Shown: one piece after another, positions 27,708 through 36,448 of the stretch
Layout of the letters: each line of letters starts with the position of its first letter
Numbering within the stretch: position 1 is the stretch's first letter
Assembly: GCA_002427475.1 (NCBI GenBank)
Contig: DIRG01000053.1
Location: 1 to 50,730 of the forward strand
DNA: 50,730 nt
Source: Mageeibacillus sp. UBA5442
Lineage (GTDB): Bacteria; Bacillota; Clostridia; Saccharofermentanales; DTU023
Reading direction: 5' to 3'
The notes under the pieces: generated by a model
What the model was told of the DNA's origin: nothing
The model's input: only the letters and a program-made list of their open reading frames with translations
Databases searched by the model: none
Program-made: the position numbers and the translations under genes

Positions 27708-28979
27708 TTATAGGCCTCCTTTCACGATTGCTTCTAGCACCTCAGCGTCAGAACAATAACGAGAGCTGGTATATGTGCGTAATTTATTGCTGTTGGTAAT
27801 GACAGGCATTTTGCCACACAAAGGATTGTTCATATACATCAGCGGACAGATACTGGATACTACGACACCCATATCCTGAAGCCGCATGTAATCCGCTGTC
27901 TGTTTGAACTTCTGGGCCACGGCTGGTGCGGTAGTGAATACGGTTGGAATTTTAACTTTGCCCTTATCTAATCTTTCACTCAAGTTACGAGTCCACTCGT
28001 GCAACTGTCGCAAAGACAAGTGTGGACAACCCACAAAGCACAGTTTGGGCACAGCATCTTTATTCTTCCACATGACAGGGTAAGCAGCCTTTACTCGTGC
28101 GAGTTCTTCATCATCTATGCGAATCGTCTGAGCTCCCTCCGCTATGAGATCTTCTCCTTGTGACCTGGCCTCGGGTGTGAGATCTTCTACATGAAACAGC
28201 CCAACAGCACCATTGGAGGCAGTGGCAGCACCCATATCTTTCAGATAGTCCTTAGCCTGTCCATTAAGTTCAGTACCGAGCCATTTGGACAAACCTTTGA
28301 TATAAGGGACATCTTCCATTACAGCCATACCAATTGCGCTGCCCAAAACCTGAGCCTCCGGCTTTTCCTTAGTGTCGACTTCTATAATCCAAGTGGCCTT
28401 GCGCCCCTCGTCTGTGAGAAGACCAAAGTGAGGTACAAAGGCAGCTATGCTGCCAAACATTTCAATAATTCCTGAATTGCGGTTACACCTTGCGCCCAAG
28501 ACACTGTTGGCATATACCACTGCGCTACTTTCAGCCCAAGATAATATCTCGCCTTCTTGAGGGGTATTGCCTACCTCGTCCATGTAGCAAGTGCAAGTAA
28601 AGGCATCATCGGAAATAAGTCCCATTTGCTCTAACTGAACTTCGTAATCCGCCTGCTTGGAATACATGATTTTAAAAACTATATCTTGCAGGAAACTTGA
28701 TGGTACATTCTTGTCGAGAGGACGAGGATCAACGGTGAACTCTTGTGCGGAAACTACCCCTGCAGCAATCAGTTCATCCATAAGTTCAAACACTGCCTTC
28801 ATCATTGAAATACCGAAGCTTGTGACCAGATGGCCCTTTTTACTGCTAACAGGAAGCATTTTGTCCGCGCCGAAACATTCGCCATACATGACGAGAGTTT
28901 TCATGACCTTGGCCATTACTTCACCCTCTTCTCCATCAAGTAATGCCTGCTGTTCGGCGGTGAGTTTCATTTTCATCAT
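27708..28979 (-). CDS. Aconitase X catalytic large subunit (DUF521-type)
   Basis: 423 aa. The N-terminus LTAEQQALLDGEEGEVMAKVMK.LV.YGE.FGA is typical of the DUF521/AcnX family. AAGGAG RBS. Confidence 0.8.
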   Translation of the reverse strand: MMKMKLTAEQQALLDGEEGEVMAKVMKTLVMYGECFGADKMLPVSSKKGHLVTSFGISMMKAVFELMDELIAAGVVSAQEFTVDPRPLDKNVPSSFLQDIVFKIMYSKQADYEVQLEQMGLISDDAFTCTCYMDEVGNTPQEGEILSWAESSAVVYANSVLGARCNRNSGIIEMFGSIAAFVPHFGLLTDEGRKATWIIEVDTKEKPEAQVLGSAIGMAVMEDVPYIKGLSKWLGTELNGQAKDYLKDMGAATASNGAVGLFHVEDLTPEARSQGEDLIAEGAQTIRIDDEELARVKAAYPVMWKNKDAVPKLCFVGCPHLSLRQLHEWTRNLSERLDKGKVKIPTVFTTAPAVAQKFKQTADYMRLQDMGVVVSSICPLMYMNNPLCGKMPVITNSNKLRTYTSSRYCSDAEVLEAIVKGGL

Positions 28980-28990
28980 AAATTACTCCT

Positions 28991-31048
28991 TTACAGTTTC
29001 ATCGCTACATCCCAGGCGTTCCAGATTACAGTACGCAGATTGCCAACTTTTTTTGCATCTCCTACAATCGGAGCACGCTTACCTGCAACCTTGAGTGGAG
29101 CGGGTTTGTAGCCGGTGGCAAGGATAACGCTGTCGGCTTCGATTTTCTCCTTTTTGCCGGCTTTATCGACTACGATAACACCGTCAGCAAGAACTTCATG
29201 TAGTTGGGTTTCCAGTAGAACAGGAACCTTATTCGCCGCGAAAAAGTCACGCAGATAGCTTGAGTTTGCTAGACAAACTCCGGTGACTGCGATCAGATCA
29301 TCCTTCATTTCTACAATGAGGGGTTTTTTGCCTTCTAGATACAAGTCATAAGCAATCTCACAGCCCGTAAGACCGCCACCAACGATAACTACAGTATCTC
29401 CAACCTCCTGTTCGCCTAGCAAGAAGTCAATGGCCTCAACGCAGCCATCTACACCCTTGACAGGCGGTTTGCACGCAACAGACCCCGTCGCCAGAACGAT
29501 TTTATCTGCGTCGAGCGTAGTGAAATCTTTTACTTCTGTATTCAATTTCACTTCTATAGACGGATATTTTTCTACTTCGCGTGAATACCAAGACAATAGA
29601 GCTCGATCCTTTTCCTTAAAAGAGTGAGCTGCAGCGGCAATGAAAACACCTCCCAACTCATTAGTTTTTTCGTAGATGGTAACTGTGTGTCCACGCTTTG
29701 CTGCTACGAGAGCGGTTTCCATTCCTCCTACACCGCCACCGATGACAGCGATTCTTTTCTTTTTTGCGGCAGGTACAATCTTGTATTTCTTCGACTGCAT
29801 GACTTGAGGATCAAGAGCACAGCGAGCTATATGTGACGCATCGTGTAGCGACTGATCATTGGCTACTCCTTTGTAATGGGTCATATTGAAACAGGCGTTG
29901 TGGCAACAGATACATGGACGGATGTCTTCCAGTCGATCCTCGATCAGCTTTGTCACCCACTCGCTGTCCGCAAGAAATTGCCTTGCCACTCCCATCGCAT
30001 CTATTCTGCCTTCTTCTATGGCTTGCGCTCCCACGTCTGCTTCCATGCGCCCGGCGCAGACAACAGGTATATCTACAGCCTTTCTGATTTCTGCGGCATC
30101 GTCCAAGTTGCAATTGTAGGGCATGTACATCGGCGGATGAGCCCAGTACCAAGAATCGTAGGTGCCGTTGTCTGTGTTGAGCATGTCGTAGCCGGCTTCT
30201 TCCAAATATTTGGCTGCGCGCAAACTTTCTTCTAGATCGCGACCGATCTCTTCATACTCTTCTCCGGGAAGTGCACCTACTCGGAAATCTTTTACTTTTG
30301 AAACTGCACTGTAACGCAATGAAACAGGATAGTCCTTGCCGCACTCAGCTTTAATTGCTTGGACAATTTCAACCGGCAAGCGATAACGGTTTTCGAAAGA
30401 GCCGCCGTATTTGTCAGTACGCTTATTTGTGTATTTCAGCGTGAATTGATCCAGCAGATAGCCTTCATGTACTGCGTGTACCTCAACACCGTCAACTCCG
30501 GCTTCCATACAGAGCTTAGCTGTCTTTGCAAAAGCATCGATAATATCTTCGATCTCACGATTTGTGATCTCACGACAGGTAACCTTGTCCGACCAGCGGG
30601 ACGGAAGTTCGCTGGGGCTGGCAGATTGGTACGGCACGTCGATGATCGGCTTGGCTAACTTGCTGAGTATAGGACTGTTGTGGATCATGACCACATGGTC
30701 AGTAATTGCCCATGAGCGTCCCATGCCGGCAGTTATCTGAACAAATAATTTGGCACCGGCCTTATGGATCTCATCCATAAAAGGTTTCAGTTGCTTAAAC
30801 ATCTTTTTGTTTTGCCAAAGCCAACGGCCGCCGATAGTATCTTTGATCGGGGCGATGCCGGGGATAATCAGGCCGACGTTATTTTTAGCTTTTTCAATAA
30901 AAAAAGCTGCAGCTTCCTTGTCGAAATGGTTTGGCTCCATCCAGCCAAATAGCGAAGTGCCCCCCATGGGGCACATTACAATACGATTCTTGATTTCGAC
31001 ATTGCCAATTTTCCACGGTGTAAATAGGACATCATATTTTGGATCCAT
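28991..31048 (-). CDS. 2-enoate reductase / 2,4-dienoyl-CoA reductase family flavoprotein (OYE-like FMN domain, 4Fe-4S site, FAD/NAD(P) domain)
   Basis: 685 aa. An OYE-type N-terminus (NRIVMCPMG, HAVHEGYLLDQF) is followed by the cluster motif CICCHNAC and then the dinucleotide folds VIGGGVGGME and VIVGGGLTGCE. Confidence 0.85.
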   Translation of the reverse strand: MDPKYDVLFTPWKIGNVEIKNRIVMCPMGGTSLFGWMEPNHFDKEAAAFFIEKAKNNVGLIIPGIAPIKDTIGGRWLWQNKKMFKQLKPFMDEIHKAGAKLFVQITAGMGRSWAITDHVVMIHNSPILSKLAKPIIDVPYQSASPSELPSRWSDKVTCREITNREIEDIIDAFAKTAKLCMEAGVDGVEVHAVHEGYLLDQFTLKYTNKRTDKYGGSFENRYRLPVEIVQAIKAECGKDYPVSLRYSAVSKVKDFRVGALPGEEYEEIGRDLEESLRAAKYLEEAGYDMLNTDNGTYDSWYWAHPPMYMPYNCNLDDAAEIRKAVDIPVVCAGRMEADVGAQAIEEGRIDAMGVARQFLADSEWVTKLIEDRLEDIRPCICCHNACFNMTHYKGVANDQSLHDASHIARCALDPQVMQSKKYKIVPAAKKKRIAVIGGGVGGMETALVAAKRGHTVTIYEKTNELGGVFIAAAAHSFKEKDRALLSWYSREVEKYPSIEVKLNTEVKDFTTLDADKIVLATGSVACKPPVKGVDGCVEAIDFLLGEQEVGDTVVIVGGGLTGCEIAYDLYLEGKKPLIVEMKDDLIAVTGVCLANSSYLRDFFAANKVPVLLETQLHEVLADGVIVVDKAGKKEKIEADSVILATGYKPAPLKVAGKRAPIVGDAKKVGNLRTVIWNAWDVAMKL

Positions 31049-31294
31049 AGCTCCAACTCCTTTTTCAGCTAAACATGCTACTTATATTTATGCATAAAAT
31101 AGCATTAGGTCATATTGATGTCAATTTATTTGTATTACATTTACAAAATCAATGAAAACATTCCAAGTGTTTTTCAGCAAAGAACTCTTAAATAAAAACA
31201 AAACACCTTATATCACAAGATAAAACATTGTAATAAGACGTCTTGCTCTTAGCTATGAATCTTTCGTAGATTATATTTTATTAGCGAAATTTAT

Positions 31295-31741
31295 CTACAG
31301 CTTGTCTATAAAGCCGTGAGCTATCCGTTCACCCATCTCTTTTTCCGGAAGTACCACACGATTGACGCCAATTGACTCCAAGATGTACTTTTGTCTGGGA
31401 CCGTTGGCTTTGGCCATGATGTAAGGCACGCCCATTTCTTTTAGAATTGTGGCAGTGATCGCAGATGCTTCGAAATCCGAGCTGAAGGCAATAATCACGA
31501 CATCAAAATTGCCGATGCCGATCTTTTCCAACGCAGCCTTCTCCGATACATCAGCCACATATGCGTGGGTTGAGTAAACCGAGGCCTCTTGAACTAAGTG
31601 CTCATTAATATCGCAACAAAGCACATTTAGTCCATTGTCAAACAGAGTCTCGGTAATGCTTCTTCCAAACTTACCCAGCCCCAAAACCGCAAACAGCGTC
31701 TCTTCATTTATGTGGATTTTATTATTGTCCATATTTTGCAT
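31295..31741 (-). CDS. KtrA/TrkA-like RCK N-terminal (NAD-binding) domain protein lacking the RCK_C domain
   Basis: 148 aa. A Rossmann GLGKFG motif is present. The protein ends where KtrA-type proteins normally continue into the C-terminal lobe of about 80 aa. Confidence 0.8.
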   Translation of the reverse strand: MQNMDNNKIHINEETLFAVLGLGKFGRSITETLFDNGLNVLCCDINEHLVQEASVYSTHAYVADVSEKAALEKIGIGNFDVVIIAFSSDFEASAITATILKEMGVPYIMAKANGPRQKYILESIGVNRVVLPEKEMGERIAHGFIDKL

Positions 31742-31761
31742 GTTTTTCCTCTTATCTTTCT

Positions 31762-33183
31762 TCAGCCAATAATCACGTCTTCTGAGGGATAAGCGAGCAC
31801 TTCGTCACCAAAGTCTTTCTTGTGTGTGAGAGAAATGATCAAAGTTATCGGTCCAATTCGTCCAATGAACATACAGAGCATTAAGACCAACTTGCCTACT
31901 AACGAGAGATAAGGAGTAATGCCTGTCGTCAAACCTACAGTACCCAAAGCTGAGGATACTTCAAACACAATGTCGGCCATGCTATGCGGGAAGGCGGAAG
32001 TTCTTTCACTTATTAAGAGTATGCCTGTACCGACAAAGAGTAGAGCCAACATTAAAACAACTACAGTTAAGGCCTTTTGCAGACTTAGAGCTGAGATGCT
32101 GCGCTCGAAGGCTACGATCCTCCTGCGGCCTCTCACAAGCGACCAGACACCGAGGAAGATAATTGCCAGCGTCACCGTCTTCATACCGCCGGCGGTACCA
32201 CCAGGTGAACCACCTACAAGCATGAACATACTGGAAAAGAATTTTGCAACTTCGGATAGGCCACCTTGTGCGATGGTAGCAAAACCTGCTGTTCTCAGTG
32301 TTACCGACTGAAACGCTGAGGCCAAAAGTTTTTCTGACAGAGGCAAACCAGCTAGCGTTTCAGGATTCTTCCCTTCCACGAGGAAAAAGAAGATTGTGCC
32401 GCTGAGTAAAAGTAGTGACGTGACAATTAAGGCGAGCTTGCTGTGCAAGGAGATATGATACTTCTGTCTCGTTTGCTTGGAAAGAGAAAATCTCAGCTTC
32501 GTCAGCACATCTCTCCACACCACGAAACCAATACCCCCGATAACGATCAGCAGCATGATAACAATGTTGATAGAGAAATCTCCTACATAAGGCATCAGAC
32601 TATTGTCTCCGATAATGTCAAAACCCGCATTACAAAAGGCTGACACTGCATGAAAGACACCGTAGAAAAGTGCCTGTGGCCAAGCTACACCTTGATAAAG
32701 AAAGGAAGCAAACAGCACAGCGGCACCGATTGTTTCGCAAATAAAGCTTCCCTTAATCACCAGCAATACCAAGCGAACCATGCCGCCCAGCGACAGATTA
32801 TTTGTAGCTGCTTGGATGGCAAGTCGGTTTTTGAGAGATATCTTCCTCCCAATATTGATCAGGAAAAATGTGAAGATAGTAATTAAACTCAAACCACCGA
32901 TTTGGATCAGTAACATGATAATCAATTTACCAAATACACTCCAAGTGGATGCGGTTACCACCGTCACCAAACCTGTGACACAGACTGCGGATACCGCAGT
33001 AAAAAAAGCGTCGACCGGAGCTACTTCAACGTTCGGCTGTTGTGAGATCGGCAAGAGCAAGAGAAGTCCGCCAACAATGATAATGGCAAGAAAACTGAGC
33101 GAAATAATACGGGCGGGAGTGAGTCTGCGCTGAAATCTTCCGAAAAGTACGGGCGTTTGCGATTCGTGTCTACGAATGCTCAT
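31762..33183 (-). CDS. TrkH/KtrB-family potassium uptake membrane subunit
   Basis: 473 aa polytopic protein with repeated selectivity-filter-like segments (CVTGL, NAGF, RTAGF, TVGLTTG). Confidence 0.85.
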   Translation of the reverse strand: MSIRRHESQTPVLFGRFQRRLTPARIISLSFLAIIIVGGLLLLLPISQQPNVEVAPVDAFFTAVSAVCVTGLVTVVTASTWSVFGKLIIMLLIQIGGLSLITIFTFFLINIGRKISLKNRLAIQAATNNLSLGGMVRLVLLVIKGSFICETIGAAVLFASFLYQGVAWPQALFYGVFHAVSAFCNAGFDIIGDNSLMPYVGDFSINIVIMLLIVIGGIGFVVWRDVLTKLRFSLSKQTRQKYHISLHSKLALIVTSLLLLSGTIFFFLVEGKNPETLAGLPLSEKLLASAFQSVTLRTAGFATIAQGGLSEVAKFFSSMFMLVGGSPGGTAGGMKTVTLAIIFLGVWSLVRGRRRIVAFERSISALSLQKALTVVVLMLALLFVGTGILLISERTSAFPHSMADIVFEVSSALGTVGLTTGITPYLSLVGKLVLMLCMFIGRIGPITLIISLTHKKDFGDEVLAYPSEDVIIG

Positions 33184-33283
33184 AAATGCACCTTCATTAA
33201 CTCATCTGCTGAGCCTTGGAAAACCTCTTTGCTCAGCGTGAGTCATTCTAATACTTTATTTGCTTTTGCGCTAGCACGAAACT

Positions 33284-34153
33284 CTATTTAGTATCAAAGG
33301 CGTATACCGGTTCTAATTTACTCTGTACTTCGATTTTTTTGTCCAACTTTTGCAACATCCGTGATCGATCACGCGGCAGCTCTCCGCGGACGCGAAAAGC
33401 GATTGCATCGTGGAGGCCGTCATAGCAAAGCGCAGTGTCGAGCAGATCTATCAGGCGACGCGCTTCTTTCAAGTTCTCAAGCTCGGAGGCCGGCTGAAAG
33501 TCTCCCCTTTCAATGTCATTATAGATGGGTGCCTCTTCATGCAGGAAAAGAGAAAAATTGATTATGCGCTCCGGCTTATGCTGATTGAAAAAGAGAGCCA
33601 GCTTCTCAGCATTCTCTTCTCCCCTAGCTTGGCCGGCTAGACCTGTCATGATATGTGCATTGAAACTAAGTCCCGCTTGTCGCAAGCGCTCGATCTGCTC
33701 AACAGCCGATTCCAAATTATGATCCTTAAGCATGAAATCCAATACAGAAGGCAGACCGCTCTCGATGCCCAAATAAAGACGCTTCAGGCCAGCTTCGCGT
33801 AATTGAAGCAGTTCTTCGTCCGACTTGCGCTCAATGTCCGTTACAGTGGCATCAAGGTTTACCATCTCGCAAGAAGGTAAGTATTCTCTAATCATGAACA
33901 TTATCTGCAAGAGCCGATTTGTAGGCATGGCTAAAGCATTACCATCACCCAAGAAGACCTGCTTCGGTTTTCCGCCCACTGACTGTACGCGGCGCAGTTC
34001 AGCTTCTACTTGATCTAGAGGTAAAAGCCTATAATCCACGTGTTTAAACAAAGTACAGAACTTACAAATGTTGTATGCACAACCAACCGATACCGGCAGC
34101 ATAAAAGAAGCCTTTTCCATCGGTGGACGGCAAATTTGACCTTCATAATTCAC
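33284..34153 (-). CDS. Radical SAM protein (function unknown)
   Basis: A GTG start follows GGAGGGAGGG. The N-terminal cluster motif is GCAYNICKFC, preceded by CRPPMEKASF. GDGNAL and GIESG motifs are present. Confidence 0.75.
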   Translation of the reverse strand: MNYEGQICRPPMEKASFMLPVSVGCAYNICKFCTLFKHVDYRLLPLDQVEAELRRVQSVGGKPKQVFLGDGNALAMPTNRLLQIMFMIREYLPSCEMVNLDATVTDIERKSDEELLQLREAGLKRLYLGIESGLPSVLDFMLKDHNLESAVEQIERLRQAGLSFNAHIMTGLAGQARGEENAEKLALFFNQHKPERIINFSLFLHEEAPIYNDIERGDFQPASELENLKEARRLIDLLDTALCYDGLHDAIAFRVRGELPRDRSRMLQKLDKKIEVQSKLEPVYAFDTK

Positions 34154-34272
34154 AGCAACGCCCTCCCTCCACTGGAACTTAGGAACATTGTAGCTGTGTC
34201 AGGTCAAAAACTCTACTTATTAGAAAATCAAAAAAAGGTCAGCCTTAACGGCTACCTTATGCATTTATTAGA

Positions 34273-34776
34273 TTAAGCGACCGAAACTACCACGATCCAA
34301 GCACTGATTTTGCCTGAATATTGCGGATTATTATCCATAGCATTTTCACTCAATAGGATAGTGTAGCTATAATTGTCTGTCTGAGCCGTAATCATATAGC
34401 CATCCTCTGTTTGGATGGTCATTTTGTCTGTCACATCTTTCAGAATTGCTTCGTAGAAATCACGCAAAGTATCAATATTGTTTTCGCTAACGTAGACTAC
34501 TTCCGTAATTCCGTTTTGACTGTCTTCCTTTACTTCAACGATCACAGCATCCGCAGCCAAAGGCAAATCCTTCTTAGGATAAGTATCAGGCAAACGACCA
34601 TCCTCGGACTCGCTGTCATTAGCGGGTTCATAAGCAGCGGGATCTGTCTGTTCTTGCCTCGTTTCCTTGCCCAAGTTCCCTGGTTCATCGTCTTTAGGCA
34701 CCTGTTCTTTCGGCGTGCAGCTTACCAAGACTAGCAAAACTATTGCTACTACTATTACGGTCAACACTCTCTTCAT
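34273..34776 (-). CDS. Hypothetical lipoprotein
   Basis: The ATG at 34776 follows AGAGGGGGA. It has a signal peptide with lipobox LVSC. I recognise no family. Confidence 0.5.
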   Translation of the reverse strand: MKRVLTVIVVAIVLLVLVSCTPKEQVPKDDEPGNLGKETRQEQTDPAAYEPANDSESEDGRLPDTYPKKDLPLAADAVIVEVKEDSQNGITEVVYVSENNIDTLRDFYEAILKDVTDKMTIQTEDGYMITAQTDNYSYTILLSENAMDNNPQYSGKISAWIVVVSVA

Positions 34777-35045
34777 ATAAATCCCCCTCTTGGCCTTCGA
34801 TTTCTTGCTGCGCATAAGTGCCACAGCTGCAGTGCAAGCCTGGACCCTGCTGCGCTGCGCTCGATCATTTAACGGGATTATTATTGCGTAAAGAAGGGAT
34901 AATTTTTTAAGAAAGTAATCATTATTTTTACGAAAACCATGCGACTAATCATTTGCTCCTACACACGACGACCATGCCTTATAGCATGACAAGGAAGGAG
35001 CGGGCTGTGAGAAATCTAGAAGATTATTATCTTGTTATGGAGCTC

Positions 35046-35924
35046 CTAGTCTACATCAGCTGTCGTTAAGAGTTTTTTGTAAGCTAGGGGTGACATCCCT
35101 TCCCTTTGCTTAAAGGAGGCTGAAAAATGTGCACTGCTTAAGAAGCCGCACAGAACAGCAGTCTTCTCAATGGAGGAATCAGTCTTCTCGAGGATTTCCC
35201 TAGCCTTGTTGTGGCGGCAATCCATAATGCAGCGATAAGGAGTTTTGCCGACATATTGCATAAACACCCTCTGTAAGTGCGCTGGGCTGAGGAAGACTGC
35301 TTCGCTAACATCCTTGACAGTAATGTTGCTACTATAGTTGCTCTCAATAAACCTCAGAGCTTCTTGTACGATAGCTCGAGAACCGCCCTGCTCTCCGTTA
35401 GCAATCTTCTGCTCCAGCTTGGCGGCCCGCAACAATAAAATCGCGATTTGATTCTCTAAACTTTCAAGCATAAGTCGATTGCTAGCTTCATAGTCTACGA
35501 TCTCAGAAATCAAGGCCTCTATAACATCCAACAGGTGATAACCATATGTGGTGTTCAGCTTTTTAAAAACTAAATCACCCACACCTCCGGTCAGCTTGTA
35601 GATTTGCTCCATATAATCCGGTTTGACACAGATAGTGATATATTTTGCGGGACTTGCTGCTTCGACAGGATGAACTAGGAGATCATCTCCGGGCGCCATG
35701 CAGATGAGACTGCCTTTCTTGAACTGATGCTTAACTGAGCGAATCGTAACAGGAGGCGGCGTTGTGAAGCAGATGACAAAGTGATACTCTTCGACAAACA
35801 GCGGTCGATTGACAACGAACTCTTCCGGGATAAAAACAGCCAGATGCTCGCTGATGATTGACTTTGTGTTGTTGTGAATATTTGCAGGTATCTTTTGTTC
35901 GAAATAATCGAAGTTCCTTCTCAC
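35046..35924 (-). CDS. AraC-family transcriptional regulator (cupin-like N-domain plus HTH_18)
   Basis: A GTG start follows AAGGAG. The C-terminal double HTH reads SPAHLQRVF...GKTP..........A..L, with FSSAHFSASFK. It starts 38 nt downstream of the last DUF62 paralog, on the same strand. Confidence 0.85.
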   Translation of the reverse strand: MRRNFDYFEQKIPANIHNNTKSIISEHLAVFIPEEFVVNRPLFVEEYHFVICFTTPPPVTIRSVKHQFKKGSLICMAPGDDLLVHPVEAASPAKYITICVKPDYMEQIYKLTGGVGDLVFKKLNTTYGYHLLDVIEALISEIVDYEASNRLMLESLENQIAILLLRAAKLEQKIANGEQGGSRAIVQEALRFIESNYSSNITVKDVSEAVFLSPAHLQRVFMQYVGKTPYRCIMDCRHNKAREILEKTDSSIEKTAVLCGFLSSAHFSASFKQREGMSPLAYKKLLTTADVD

Positions 35925-35962
35925 AACGTTCTCCTTAAAGACAAATATGTTTCTGCTACAGT

Positions 35963-36448
35963 TTAACCTTCTTTTGAAAAATATTGCGGCCCCAACTGCT
36001 CGAAACTCTTTTCACCTGCTGCCAAGAGAGCTGCACAGTAGGCAAGGTCTATGCCGTGAAGTATTTCGCTACCCTGTTCATCTGCATAAGTCGCCTTCAG
36101 TTCGCTTAAATCGCGCATCTCTTTAAGGCCGTGCTGTTCCTCCACATATTTAAGGCTTCCGTTGTCCGGCGTAAAAATGTAATAACCGTCCTCCGTTAAG
36201 GCGGCGCAGGGTCGAAAGCTCGTCCCCATAGACGGATCTACTACTGAGACAAAGGTTGTGCCTTCAGGCCAGTGTAAGAGCTGCGCGGCTAGATTTTGCC
36301 CCGCAGCCTTAACGTTAAACTGAGGCACATGATGCGTAAGATCGAACACCTTCAACTGGGCTTGCACACTCTTGACTACACCGTACATAGCAGCGGCACT
36401 ATTGCCATGACCGAAGTCTGACTGCAGTACAATACAAGCTGAACTCAT
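35963..36448 (-). CDS. DUF62-family (SAM hydroxide adenosyltransferase/halogenase-like) paralog 5, N-terminal domain only
   Basis: 161 aa with QSDFG, FVSVVDPSMG, TPDNGSL and LHGID..YCAALLAAG. It stops where the C-terminal beta-barrel domain of the other paralogs begins. ATGA overlap with paralog 4. Confidence 0.75.
   Translation of the reverse strand: MSSACIVLQSDFGHGNSAAAMYGVVKSVQAQLKVFDLTHHVPQFNVKAAGQNLAAQLLHWPEGTTFVSVVDPSMGTSFRPCAALTEDGYYIFTPDNGSLKYVEEQHGLKEMRDLSELKATYADEQGSEILHGIDLAYCAALLAAGEKSFEQLGPQYFSKEG

Noticed and set aside
31049-31294. AT-rich 245-nt gap examined for a lost RCK_C fragment of ktrA, a small RNA or a terminator (AAGACGTCTT palindrome at about 31235-31244)
   Set aside because: There is no ORF fragment with RCK_C-like sequence. 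The 10-nt palindrome has no loop or U-tract. The region most simply holds the enoate-reductase operon promoter.
33184-33283. Possible ydaO-type c-di-AMP riboswitch upstream of ktrB; also a partial match (AGTTTCGTGC, read on the minus strand at about 33268-33277) to the palindromic repeat family
   Set aside because: The gap is only 100 nt and holds a single hairpin (GCTGAGC...GCTCAGC), which is too small for a ydaO element. The repeat similarity is about 10 nt and the palindrome is not preserved, so it is probably chance.
34825-35045. GC-rich patch (CTGCAGTGCAAGCCTGGACCCTGCTGCGCTGCGC) in the gap between the AraC gene and the lipoprotein gene, considered as an ncRNA or terminator
   Set aside because: Only short imperfect stems can be drawn and no U-tract follows. 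The track's N-terminal extension of the lipoprotein ORF through it has no RBS. The evidence is insufficient for any call.
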